Of a stretch of 64,000 nt of DNA, positions 49,901 through 59,110 are shown one piece after another. Position 1 is the first letter of the stretch; every line of letters starts with the position of its first letter. The stretch is from positions 320,001 through 384,000 of the forward strand of contig OZ218778.1 of the NCBI GenBank assembly GCA_965112635.1. The letters run 5' to 3'. The notes below the pieces were generated by a model. That model was not told the DNA's origin. It saw nothing but the letters and a program-made list of their open reading frames with translations, and ran no database searches. Position numbers and translations under genes: made by a program. Source of the DNA: an uncultured bacterium. Its GTDB lineage: Bacteria > Oederibacteriota > Oederibacteriia > Oederibacteriales > Oederibacteriaceae.

Positions 49901-50752
49901 ACCGCGACCTGTACCGCCACGGTCACGGCATCGTCCAGCAGCACCGGAACCAGGACTTTCACTGGCACAGTCACAGTGACCCCTTCTCTTACCCTGACTC
50001 CCAGTTCTACGAATACCATCACCCAGACCCCGACTTCCAGCACAACCGCGACGGCCACCCAGACCAGCACGCAGACTCTGACTCCCAGTCAGACCCTTAC
50101 GGCCACGGCGACTCCCACCCGGACCAATACGGCCACCCAGTCCGCTACCTTTACCCAAACCCTGACCTCCAGCCAGACCTATACCATCACTCAGACTTTT
50201 ACTTCTACCGCGACCCCCAGCCAGACCTATACTTTTACCCAAACCGCCACCTTTACTCAGACTTCAACCCCCAGTCAAACCTTGACTCCTTCTAACACCG
50301 TGACTCCTTCCCTGACTGTGACCTCGAGCAACACCCTGACCTCCAGCCTTACCTTTACCAGCTCACCCACTTGTTCACCCACGGCCAGCGCACCCCTATG
50401 GATCGTGCAGCATGTTCCTTATCCCAACCCGGTCAGGGACATCAACGGTGGCATGAAAATTTACATCAGGATGACAGATGTGCCGGACCGCATATCCTTC
50501 CGAATTCACACAACAGCCATGCGGATGATCTGGGCTTCATCGGTAATAAGCCCGGCTGACTCCCCCTGGCTCCAGATCGAATATGATGGAGGGGTGGCGC
50601 TGTTTACTTATACGCTGCCTTACAATCTTAAGGATATGCACAACGTTGCCTTGGCCAACGGCATGTACTATTACACCATCACTGCCAACACCATGTCCGG
50701 TAAGAACAGCCGACAGGCCAGAGTGATAGGAAAATTTGTGATCACAAGATGA
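46904..50752 (+). CDS. Large secreted alpha/beta-hydrolase-like protein with lectin-like domain, Thr-rich stalks and T9SS-CTD-like C-terminus
   Basis: Signal peptide; GVSMG nucleophile elbow; two TxT tracts; YPNP...GMYYY...GKFVITR. Confidence 0.75.
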   Translation: MQEKGQTNFFLITRKIILSFIFLTVFLLVAALTSWGQQVTGIAVHGPYSGQTILTWNEVDSPVTSYINQGQLEGLLQYGLTSTPVVTYNIYRSLSQIISVNALTPFATGVPQLTGWNYEYISNTDVNGCYNASSPAPLFVVDEGPGNMTPQSPVTPGTGVYANNPATAGQAYYAITVSTAGVENKTITVGQNSLASPVSETVGQGDPILQSITAETNWNYVAADTCYAYARWETFPNSSIASHPMNYALRVPQGTSFPAPLGINLHCWGACVNDPCFYPPNVGAASTTPPHLSMLVSSNEDPYDWWTGYHELYYSGSSSPSWATNGVVHDYSEQRMLSIYDWITANWNGGGKVDSTRGFIAGVSMGGSGTAMLMLRYPDRFAWAYSSVGVHIPLLSPTFEGSYAGVYGDPTWNVLYQSLTTTPHIRAFDYFDDTWFLANNPQQEIGYMCFANGKNDGAIGWNQSWLYLQAMKAAKIPFIFYWTQNGHSTRACGPYPSAANNMALDLQNNQSLPAFNNCSLDDDPGDGVCDGSGSGLNGGTHGAPVGAINGWLNWNPATIIDTAGSWQMDIGMVTAAQGLTWAANCTVDLTPRRLQHFSVSPAQCFNWTNTDLNSSTVVQSGTTAADANGHITITGLILKNQIANENRINIFPRPVCASPTNSPSPTMTYTAGPSQTGTATYSATPTTTQTTTITQTASATPTYTAGPSQTGTNTSTSTCTFTATAACVQFLADCKIAEVPNGNTNGKVVNPTVGFSGTVVINGTGSITFNPFEPVGSPTDGFFCGVGGVNNQSGYWNWSGAQVGNIFNPNGGDVIFYWKSYASLAQRNTDNRTGWCFGVTDDGTRTIWRIEVTPGGGFCTITWQANSTGANQVFDTTYTVNAGEIAKFRLSWTATTQTLYINDILIQTGATTAYTPSWGPSSQFNIGASAGDNGFSGWKACNDTVADLQVNATCAGNTNTPTLTATLTGTASPTATPTLTYTVGPSQTATATPTITTTGTATCTATVTASSSSTGTRTFTGTVTVTPSLTLTPSSTNTITQTPTSSTTATATQTSTQTLTPSQTLTATATPTRTNTATQSATFTQTLTSSQTYTITQTFTSTATPSQTYTFTQTATFTQTSTPSQTLTPSNTVTPSLTVTSSNTLTSSLTFTSSPTCSPTASAPLWIVQHVPYPNPVRDINGGMKIYIRMTDVPDRISFRIHTTAMRMIWASSVISPADSPWLQIEYDGGVALFTYTLPYNLKDMHNVALANGMYYYTITANTMSGKNSRQARVIGKFVITR

Positions 50753-50819
50753 CCCGTAGCCGGATGGATGGATTTGGATTGCAATAACTTTGATGCAGGG
50801 CCGTGGACCCTGTAGTGCA

Positions 50820-50867
50820 AGCGGTCATACACAGAATAAAGCATTAAAAATATCAATAATTAAATAG
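50820..50867 (+). pseudogene. Relic C-terminal fragment homologous to the end of 51001..54633
   Basis: Encodes SGHTQNKALKISIIK* versus SGQTQKKALKISIIK*; 39/48 nt identical. Confidence 0.75.
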
Positions 50868-51000
50868 GAATTTGAACTAACTGCCACTCCCTCTTAAAAA
50901 CTATAAAAAACCCCTTCCCTGGTACCCGAAAAACCAAATAAATTCCTCTAAAGCTAATCATTTAAATATTTTTTGCTACAATGGGCTTCTAGGAGAGCGT

Positions 51001-54000
51001 ATGCATAAAACAGCTCTGATCCCTTGTAGGATTGTGATCCTATTACTGCTCCTCGTAGTATATCCCCTTCTTTTATCGGCCCAATCGACCCAATCCTGCC
51101 CACCCCTGTTTTATGTAGCCGGGAAAAGTTCTGAAGTTCCTGGTGGAAATGTTAACGGACAGCCTGTCAATCCACAGATAGGCCCGCCAGGTTTTGTCCA
51201 TTTGCAAGGCAATGGTTATGTGACCTTTGATCCTTTTGAGCCTGGCGGCTCCCCTACCGATGGTGTGATTTTTGGCCCAGGCGGCCAATCCCCCAACGGC
51301 GCCTATTGGAGCTGGACAGGAGCTAATGTAGGGAACATTTTCAACTCTACTTGCGGAAACGATATTACCTTCTACCTCAAGTCCAGCTATACCTGGGCCC
51401 AAAGGCTGGCTGGTCCTCAAACCTACGCCTGGGATGTCACCGATAACGGCGGCAATTCAGTGTTCAATTTTTCCTACGAGCAGATGGCAAACTCATGGCT
51501 GCAGTTCTGCTACCAGGTCGACGCGATTACTAACGTATGCTACATGGTCCCTGCAGGAACCGAAGATGCCCTGTTCGGACTGAATGTTATTTTAAAAGTT
51601 AGAATAAGATGGGATGGGACGAATTGTTATTTGTATCTTAATAACATCTTGGTCCAGATCACACCCTATACCCCCTTTGCCCCGGGTTGGGGCGCAAGCT
51701 CCGTATTTAACCTAGGAGCTACGGCAGCCGGTTTCCCTGGATACTGGAGTTGCATGGACAGCATCGCTGACCTTCAGATTGGCCCATCGAGTTCTTGCAG
51801 CTGCATCCCCACGCCCACACCGCCGGCCCTGGAAGCAGTCCCCTGCGCTTCCCCGGGCACCAACCCGGCTACCTTGACCGGTGTCATCAACACCTATTAT
51901 CCTGGCAATCAGTCCGTAGCGGCTGGGAGTACGGTTATCCCTGTGGGTGCGGCTGTGGGCGGCCCCGCAATCGCTACCGGAGACCTGCTGCTGGTCATCC
52001 AGATGCAGCAAGCAGCCATCAACTCCACCAATACAGTTCAGTATGGCGACGGGCTGGGTGACGCGTCAGGTTCCACGAACCTGCAAGGCACCGGAGTCTT
52101 TGAATACGCCATAGCCGCTGGACCGGTGGCCGGGGGCAATTTGACTCTCGCCGAACCCTTAATCAACAACTACACCGAGGCGGCCGCCACAGCTACCCAG
52201 GGGCAGGAGACCTATCAGGTGGTGCGGGTTCCCCAGTATTTTAACGCCACTTTGACCAATGGCTTGACCGCTGCTCCCTGGAACGGTTCTCTCGGAGGCA
52301 TCCTGGCCTTTAATGACGCGGGCACCCTAAACCTGAACAATGCCGTGGTAAGCGTGGATGCCAAGGGTTTCCGTGGAGGCGGCAGCCGGGAAATGAACGG
52401 CGGAATAGGTCTGGCCACGGACTACGTGGACTCAACAGGCAGCAATTTCAGCGGCCAAAAAGGTGAAGGCATTGCGGGCACTCCCTGGTGGGTGTATGAC
52501 GGCGCGGGAGTGGTCAATACAGGGTTGGAAGGATATCCCAACGGCAGCGCGGCCATGGGAGCGCCGGGAAACGCCGGCGGTGGCTGCACCGACGACGATT
52601 CTGATGGTACTCATGCAAGCAATGGAGGAGGCGGAGGCGGAGGCAATGGCGGCTTCGGCGGCCACGGCGGCAGCAGTTTTGGTTCAGATCTGCTCGTAGG
52701 AGGTTTCGGCGGGGCACCTTTCCCGGCCTCAGCCAACCAGCTCATTATGGGAGGAGGAGGAGGAGCCGGATCCACCAATAACAGCCCGGCCCCTGACAGC
52801 AGCGGTGGAAGAGGCGGTGGCATGGTCTTCTTGAAAGCCTGCACTATGGCTGGCAATGGGACCATTACTGCCAATGGAGAGGTTGGAAAAGACGCTGGGT
52901 TTCAATATCCCTCTGATGGTGGCGGTGGCGGTGGCGCTGGCGGGAGCATGCTGGTCCTGTCCGGAGCTGGGCTGGGCGGCTTGACCGTGCGTGCCGACGG
53001 TGGCAAGGGAGGAGATACGGGGCTGGATAGTCATTATGGGCCTGGAGGAGGAGGCGGTGGTGGCGTAGTGATGCTTTCCAACGCCCCCTTGGCCTCTTCG
53101 GCCATTGGAGGGATCAACGGTTTGACCTTAGGTAATGTCCCTTATAGTTCCACAGCCGGAACCAACGGTATTATCAACATGAATATTCCCTACCCTGAAA
53201 AGAGCTGCATCTGCGGAGTTTCTCCAACCTTCACCTTCACGGCAACATCCACAGCGACTCATACCAACAGCCCCACGCCCACCAGCACCTGCACAGCCAC
53301 CGCCACTCCCACTATTTCGCCCACGGCCACAGTGACGGACACCTCCACAGCCACACCCACTTTCTCTGCTACCGACACACCTTCTAATACGAGCACTATA
53401 ACTCATACAACTACGGCAACCTCCACGGATACCTGGATGCAAAGCCCGACCTTTACAGACACAGCCACTCAAACGGTTACCCCTACCCAGACTTTCACAC
53501 CCACAATATCCAATACCGCCAGCTCTACATCCACGACAACCTCTACGCTTACTATTACCCAAACTAGCTCCATGACTTGGACCAGTTCTCTGACCCTGAC
53601 CCCATCCCTGACCTGGACTCCGTCCAAAACCCAAACCCAGACCCATACCGCCACCGTGACCGCTACCAATACCCCGGTGATGACCAACCTGGAGCTCAAG
53701 GTCTACAACGAAGCCGGTGAAGTGGTCAAAACCTTCAGCAATGTCCTTGTCTTGGGTGGGTTTAGCGGTATCCAGCTTTCCTCAGGCAGCGGCTCTACCA
53801 TCTTTGACCCCAACTCCGGCCTCTTTGATATCGAGATCAAAAGCGCTGGCATCATCTACCATGTCCCCTGGGACGGCAAAAGCGACCTGGGCTACCTTGT
53901 GGACAGCGGGCAATATGTGCTTAAAGCCGATATCCCCGGCCTGCAAGGCAATACGGTCGTCATGCCCCTGACCGTGCTCAAGTCAGGAGACCTTTTGACC

Positions 54001-54633
54001 GTCAGTATCTACACCACCAGCGGAGAGTTGGTCAAACAGCTTTACCAGAGCTATTTCGTCCAGGGACAATTGGGAAGCATGAAGTTGACCAGTAATTTAC
54101 TGCAGATAAGCAATCAACCCACAGGGACAACCACGATCGGGATAAACATCTTTTCCTCCACAGGTCAGTTAATGGCAGATGGGCTAGGCTCCTTGAACCA
54201 AGCCCGCCTGACCTGGGACGGCACCACGGCCTTGGGCAATTATGTGCAAAGCGGAGAGTATTTGATCAAAATAGATCAGACCTACAACCACCAGCACGAT
54301 GTGCTGGTGCAAAGCGTGACCGTGTTAAGCTCCAATTTAAGCGGGTTTATGGACGCTTCGGTCTACCCCAACCCGTACCTCTCCACCCCAGACCACAAGG
54401 TATGGTTTAAGGTCGCTTTGCAGGACCAATCCAACCTGACCGTGAGAATTTATGATGTGGTGGGAGAGCTGGTGAACACCCTCAGCTTGCCCGCAGCCGG
54501 GCCTGGCATTGCCACCCTGGGTTGGGATGTCAATAATGCTGCGGCCGGTCTTTATGTGGGAATTGTAGAAGCCGCTTCACAGGTCAGCGGTCAAACACAG
54601 AAAAAAGCTTTGAAAATCTCGATCATCAAATAA
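51001..54633 (+). CDS. Large secreted adhesin-like protein: lectin-like domain, Gly-rich domain, Thr stalk, two FlgD-Ig domains, CTD
   Basis: GDLLLVIQMQ/YQVVRVPQY; many GGGGG runs; WDGKSDLG..SGQY and WDGTTALG..SGEY; YPNP...KISIIK. Confidence 0.8.
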   Translation: MHKTALIPCRIVILLLLLVVYPLLLSAQSTQSCPPLFYVAGKSSEVPGGNVNGQPVNPQIGPPGFVHLQGNGYVTFDPFEPGGSPTDGVIFGPGGQSPNGAYWSWTGANVGNIFNSTCGNDITFYLKSSYTWAQRLAGPQTYAWDVTDNGGNSVFNFSYEQMANSWLQFCYQVDAITNVCYMVPAGTEDALFGLNVILKVRIRWDGTNCYLYLNNILVQITPYTPFAPGWGASSVFNLGATAAGFPGYWSCMDSIADLQIGPSSSCSCIPTPTPPALEAVPCASPGTNPATLTGVINTYYPGNQSVAAGSTVIPVGAAVGGPAIATGDLLLVIQMQQAAINSTNTVQYGDGLGDASGSTNLQGTGVFEYAIAAGPVAGGNLTLAEPLINNYTEAAATATQGQETYQVVRVPQYFNATLTNGLTAAPWNGSLGGILAFNDAGTLNLNNAVVSVDAKGFRGGGSREMNGGIGLATDYVDSTGSNFSGQKGEGIAGTPWWVYDGAGVVNTGLEGYPNGSAAMGAPGNAGGGCTDDDSDGTHASNGGGGGGGNGGFGGHGGSSFGSDLLVGGFGGAPFPASANQLIMGGGGGAGSTNNSPAPDSSGGRGGGMVFLKACTMAGNGTITANGEVGKDAGFQYPSDGGGGGGAGGSMLVLSGAGLGGLTVRADGGKGGDTGLDSHYGPGGGGGGGVVMLSNAPLASSAIGGINGLTLGNVPYSSTAGTNGIINMNIPYPEKSCICGVSPTFTFTATSTATHTNSPTPTSTCTATATPTISPTATVTDTSTATPTFSATDTPSNTSTITHTTTATSTDTWMQSPTFTDTATQTVTPTQTFTPTISNTASSTSTTTSTLTITQTSSMTWTSSLTLTPSLTWTPSKTQTQTHTATVTATNTPVMTNLELKVYNEAGEVVKTFSNVLVLGGFSGIQLSSGSGSTIFDPNSGLFDIEIKSAGIIYHVPWDGKSDLGYLVDSGQYVLKADIPGLQGNTVVMPLTVLKSGDLLTVSIYTTSGELVKQLYQSYFVQGQLGSMKLTSNLLQISNQPTGTTTIGINIFSSTGQLMADGLGSLNQARLTWDGTTALGNYVQSGEYLIKIDQTYNHQHDVLVQSVTVLSSNLSGFMDASVYPNPYLSTPDHKVWFKVALQDQSNLTVRIYDVVGELVNTLSLPAAGPGIATLGWDVNNAAAGLYVGIVEAASQVSGQTQKKALKISIIK

Positions 54634-54655
54634 GAGAAAACAAACCCGGCCAAGA

Positions 54656-55840
54656 TTACCATTTCCCGTATTTCAATCCCGCCTTGATGTAGCGTTCGGC
54701 ATTGGCCAAAAATTTAGCGGTATGCGCCTCGACCGGCGTGGCCGAGGGCAAAAGAATAGTATGTTCTTTACCGCCAAGGCGAATGGCTGACTTGACCTTT
54801 TCTTCTATCTCGTCCGGCGACAGGGTTTCCATCCAGAGGAATTCAATATTTCCGACCAAGGTCATCTTACCGGCGTAAAATTGCTTGGCTTCCTCGAATT
54901 CAATATCCCCCTGGTCAGGTGGCTCGACCGGGTCCGTGGAATCTACCCCCATCTTGACGAACGAATCCAGCAGGGTTTTCACCTTACCATGGCAGTGCAC
55001 GTGTATTTTGGCCTCAGGGTCGCGCTGTTTGATGCGCCGCATGATCTCGCCGTCATAAGGCTCCACATATTTTTTCCACTGTTTTGGCCCCATCATGGGA
55101 GGAGACGCCCTCTCAATCCCGTTGAAATGCCAGAACGGCCCAACGCCCTGTCGAAGCTGGAAATCCACATTAGCCCAGGTCCGTTCCAACCAGGCGTCTG
55201 CCAGCATTTGGATGAGGATGGGTTCACTGAGGATCCATTCCAGCATCAGCTCGTACTCCATGACCCCGCAAAGCATGGCCACCATGGTATTGACGCTACC
55301 CCCGCCGAGGCAGTCCTTGCCCATTTCCTTACGGTATTGTCGGAAAGGTTCGTAATCCTCGGGTTTTCCTTGGCCTACGTAAAAGGGCACGGAAAGCATG
55401 ATCTCCACGTCGCGGGGAGTTTCGATGGGTCTGTGCATATCCCAGTTGGTCTCGACCCCCTCGTCCCGGTGAAAGGTCCAAAAAAGCTCGCCTTTGGGGG
55501 CATGCAGGATAAAGGTCTGTTCATATCGGTTGGGCCCTATCTTTTTCTCCGGACATTTCTCGATATATTTGGCAGGCGCCTCCAAAAAACGCTGGTAAGA
55601 GATCTCGGTAGCACAAGGCAAAGGCATAGGATTGTAGGGTTGTGGCACCGGATCGCAATACTCCTCCACCAACTCGGCCACCCGGATGAACCCTGGGTCT
55701 GCCCGCCAGCCGCCTGGCTTTTCCTTTTTTATATCCCGCATGGGTGACCAGCTGATGGGCGAGCCGATGGGGATGCGGTCCGTTTTCTGGCCGCGGTAGA
55801 CGGCAAGGATGCGTTTGCTGGATGTCAACAAGTCTGCCAT
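54656..55840 (-). CDS. Uroporphyrinogen decarboxylase / MtaA-CmuA family protein
   Basis: SSKRILAVYRGQKTDRIP, HVHCHG, DPVEPPDQGDI, TLVGNIE. Confidence 0.8.
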   Translation of the reverse strand: MADLLTSSKRILAVYRGQKTDRIPIGSPISWSPMRDIKKEKPGGWRADPGFIRVAELVEEYCDPVPQPYNPMPLPCATEISYQRFLEAPAKYIEKCPEKKIGPNRYEQTFILHAPKGELFWTFHRDEGVETNWDMHRPIETPRDVEIMLSVPFYVGQGKPEDYEPFRQYRKEMGKDCLGGGSVNTMVAMLCGVMEYELMLEWILSEPILIQMLADAWLERTWANVDFQLRQGVGPFWHFNGIERASPPMMGPKQWKKYVEPYDGEIMRRIKQRDPEAKIHVHCHGKVKTLLDSFVKMGVDSTDPVEPPDQGDIEFEEAKQFYAGKMTLVGNIEFLWMETLSPDEIEEKVKSAIRLGGKEHTILLPSATPVEAHTAKFLANAERYIKAGLKYGKW

Positions 55841-55848
55841 AAAATTTC

Positions 55849-56787
55849 CTAACCAACCTTTTCGGGACGCCCTTTGGCGTCAGTCTGGCGGAGAGCTGGA
55901 CTCATGAATTTTTTGCGGTAAGCCGCTGGAGACAGGCCCATGACCCGGATGAAGGTCCTGTGAAAATGGCTTTCATCGTCAAATCCCCAGTTGAGCGCCG
56001 TGGCTTTCACCGGCTCTTTGGATTGCAACAACTCGATCGCCGCGCTCTGGACCAGTTGCTGCAAAGCGAATTTTCCTAAACTTATTTTCATCAGATCATG
56101 GAATTCCTTGCAGAAGTTCGTACGGGTCATCCCGCAGGCTTTTGCTCCCTCGGCCACGCTGATCTTGCTGCGGCTGTTAAAAACCAGGTCAATGGCCGGG
56201 CCGATCTCACCCAGATTTCCCTTGGCATCCCCGTCCTTCATGGCCGGAGGCTGCCAGCCCCGCATGATCAGCATCAAAAGCCCAAGACATTCCAGCCTCA
56301 AGGCCACTTTATCAGGCCCGTCCAATTGGTCCAACCAGGATTGGTAGGTGATTATCTTTTTGGCCAGACTGAGGATTGTCCTTTTCTTCTCATAGTCCTT
56401 AAAATCAATCCCGGGCCTCTGGCTGGGTGGAACAAAAAATGGGGTCAAAAGGTTTAACCGTGGCTCTTCAGTAAAATGCATCTGGGACATCATCGGTGGA
56501 AAGAAAAAGATCACCAAACCGCTGGAGGGTTTTTCGATTATCTCCATCCCATGCGGTTCCCACATATTGGCTAGCCAGACTTGGCCCGGCCTGACCATGA
56601 GTTCATGGTCTGAGTAGATCTGTTTGGCCTTCCCGGAGATCAAAACTCCGATCTCCAGTTCATAGTGCCGGTCAAACATCCCCTCTTTATCGTTGAATTT
56701 GAAAGTCTCGATTGGTTTTGATGCGGAAAGGCCCAGGAACGCTGGAGTCATGGTCAAAATGCTGGAAGGTATATTGTTTTTCATCAT
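55849..56787 (-). CDS. AraC-family transcriptional regulator
   Basis: Cupin N-terminus (DRHYELEIG...WEPHG); C-terminal GFDDESHFHRTF...GLSPAAYR. Confidence 0.9.
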   Translation of the reverse strand: MMKNNIPSSILTMTPAFLGLSASKPIETFKFNDKEGMFDRHYELEIGVLISGKAKQIYSDHELMVRPGQVWLANMWEPHGMEIIEKPSSGLVIFFFPPMMSQMHFTEEPRLNLLTPFFVPPSQRPGIDFKDYEKKRTILSLAKKIITYQSWLDQLDGPDKVALRLECLGLLMLIMRGWQPPAMKDGDAKGNLGEIGPAIDLVFNSRSKISVAEGAKACGMTRTNFCKEFHDLMKISLGKFALQQLVQSAAIELLQSKEPVKATALNWGFDDESHFHRTFIRVMGLSPAAYRKKFMSPALRQTDAKGRPEKVG

Positions 56788-56962
56788 TTTTCCTTATTTT
56801 GTGCCTCAAATGTTTCACCTGCATTATATCCCATATCCCTTCTGTTTGGACGAATATCCAAGTTTTAGGATATGTTTTTTCAATGAAATATCAGGCTTTT
56901 TCGCTGTTTCAGGTGTCTAATTCTACAAAGAAACATTAAAGGCCATAGAGGAGATTGTTAAA

Positions 56963-58927
56963 GTGTTTAACAAAATTCGTCAAATTATAATCATGACAAC
57001 TTTGCTGATCCCTACTGGAACAAGTTTAAGCTGGGCCCAGTCACCCGCCGCCTATATAGACCCTGAGACTTGGCCATGGATTTGCCAATGTCAGGTCAGG
57101 AATCAGGCCTATCGAGCCGCCCATGGTGGTTTGTCCACAGGTATTGTCTGCCATTTCGGCGACTCAATTACTTATGCTAATCCTAATTCACAATGGGCCA
57201 GGAGCGGTAACGGGTTTACAGCGTCAGACACAGCCATAACACAATGGATGCATGTCAACGGCCACCAGGGGGGCACCGACCCGGCGCCTACAAGCACCAA
57301 TAATTTACCGGCAGATTGTTCGTCCATCAAGGGTGCTAACGATAGCATTTGGGGTAAAGACGGGTGGTGGCTGTCCATAGTGGATATGAGCGGTGCCTAT
57401 TCCAATGGTTCTTATACGGCCATGAGCGGGATAAACTCAACCGAATTTTTGGCCGGATCCGACAACCTCCCCACGCCTGACAAGATGATGGCCTGCTATG
57501 ACCCTGAGCTGGTCATTCTCATGCTGGGAGCCAATGTTGACAACAATGTGGCTACTTTCCAGAGCAACATGGACGCGATCATCCAAATAATCCTGGCCAC
57601 CAACTGTATCCCCATCCTGATGACTTCAACGCCCTGCGGGGGAACCACGGCGAGTTACAACGCGGCGGTCGTGGCCGAGGCACAAAAGTACAGCTTGCCC
57701 CTGATCGATTTTTACGGAGCGATCATGTTCTATCAGCCCGTGAACTGGAATGGCACTCTTCTCCAGCATAACCAGTGCCATCCCTCTGCCTCGGGCCTCA
57801 CCTACACCGCCTCAAGCGACCCCTATGCCGGCAATTACGCGGCTTTGGCCCAGGTGGGTTATTTGTTAAGGGGTTTCCTGATAGTGCAGAAAGTAAAAGA
57901 TGTGTATAACAACTGCATTGTGGGCCCGGCTTGCGGCTCGGGCACGAGTACAGCGACCAACACTCCGGTCCCGGCCAATACAGCCACCCAAACCCAGACT
58001 CCGACGCGGACTTTTACTCAGGCTCCGACAGCAACCGCAACCAATACAGCTACCCCCATGGGGACTTCCACCTATACTTTCACCCCATCGGCAACAGCAA
58101 CCAAAACTTCAACCTCGACCCAGACTGTAACATTCACCCAGACCCTGACCTCAAGTCAGACCTTGACCCCCTCTCAGACCCTGACCCCCAGCCAGACTTT
58201 GACCTCAACCCTTACCCCGACTAGGACTAGCACTTCTACCCAGACTTTGACTCCAAGCCAGACCCTGACCCCCAGTCAAACCTTTACTATCACGGTCACT
58301 TTTACTCAAACCACCACTTCCACCCAGACCTTGACCTCTACCCAGACTCTAACCTCGAGCCAAACCTATACTTCCACGCAAACCTCCACCTCCACGGTCA
58401 CTTCCAGCCAGACCTATACTTCCACCCAAACCTTTACCGTCACCCAAACCCTGACCTCCAGCAACACTCCTACTCCTTCCAATACCACCACCCCTTCCCA
58501 TACGGTGACTCCCAGCTACACCCTGACCTCCAGCATGACCTTTACCAATTCGCCCACTTTCACCCCTACCGCCAGCGCCCCTCTCTGGATCGTCAATCAT
58601 GTCCCCTACCCCAACCCCGTGAGGGACAACAACGGAACAAAGTTCTACATCAAAATGACGGATGTCCCTAACCACATATCTGTCAGGATTTACACGACCT
58701 CCATGCGCCTGGTTTGGGATTTTTCAATTGCCAATCCGGCTTTGCAAATCGAATATGACAACGAGGTCGCCTATTTTACCTTCACTCTCCCCTACAACCT
58801 GACGGACAATCACAATATGTCTCTGGCCAATGGCCTGTATTACTACTCCATCACGGCTAAAAATATGACCAGCTCTACCAATAGCCGCCAGGCCAGGGTT
58901 ATGGGTAAATTGGCTATTCTGAGATAA
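56963..58927 (+). CDS. Secreted SGNH/GDSL hydrolase with Thr-rich stalk and T9SS-CTD-like C-terminus
   Basis: FGDSIT, MLGAN, CHPS; TLTPSQ repeats; YPNP...GLYYY...GKLAILR. Confidence 0.8.
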   Translation: MFNKIRQIIIMTTLLIPTGTSLSWAQSPAAYIDPETWPWICQCQVRNQAYRAAHGGLSTGIVCHFGDSITYANPNSQWARSGNGFTASDTAITQWMHVNGHQGGTDPAPTSTNNLPADCSSIKGANDSIWGKDGWWLSIVDMSGAYSNGSYTAMSGINSTEFLAGSDNLPTPDKMMACYDPELVILMLGANVDNNVATFQSNMDAIIQIILATNCIPILMTSTPCGGTTASYNAAVVAEAQKYSLPLIDFYGAIMFYQPVNWNGTLLQHNQCHPSASGLTYTASSDPYAGNYAALAQVGYLLRGFLIVQKVKDVYNNCIVGPACGSGTSTATNTPVPANTATQTQTPTRTFTQAPTATATNTATPMGTSTYTFTPSATATKTSTSTQTVTFTQTLTSSQTLTPSQTLTPSQTLTSTLTPTRTSTSTQTLTPSQTLTPSQTFTITVTFTQTTTSTQTLTSTQTLTSSQTYTSTQTSTSTVTSSQTYTSTQTFTVTQTLTSSNTPTPSNTTTPSHTVTPSYTLTSSMTFTNSPTFTPTASAPLWIVNHVPYPNPVRDNNGTKFYIKMTDVPNHISVRIYTTSMRLVWDFSIANPALQIEYDNEVAYFTFTLPYNLTDNHNMSLANGLYYYSITAKNMTSSTNSRQARVMGKLAILR

Positions 58928-58973
58928 ACTTGATTTTTATATGGGACAGGTTGAATCCTCAGTGACCAGAAGA

Positions 58974-59057
58974 CTTTATGTGGGAATCATATAAGCCAAC
59001 TCCCTGGTGAGCGGGCAAACACAGAAAAAACCGTTAAAAATCTCGATCGTCAATTAA
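58974..59057 (+). pseudogene. Second relic C-terminal fragment homologous to the end of 51001..54633
   Basis: Encodes LYVGII*ANSLVSGQTQKKPLKISIVN* versus LYVGIVEAASQVSGQTQKKALKISIIK*. Confidence 0.8.
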
Positions 59058-59110
59058 GAGGAATAAACACTTGCTATAATATTTTGAGCAACCGTTTTCA
59101 CTCTGTTGTT

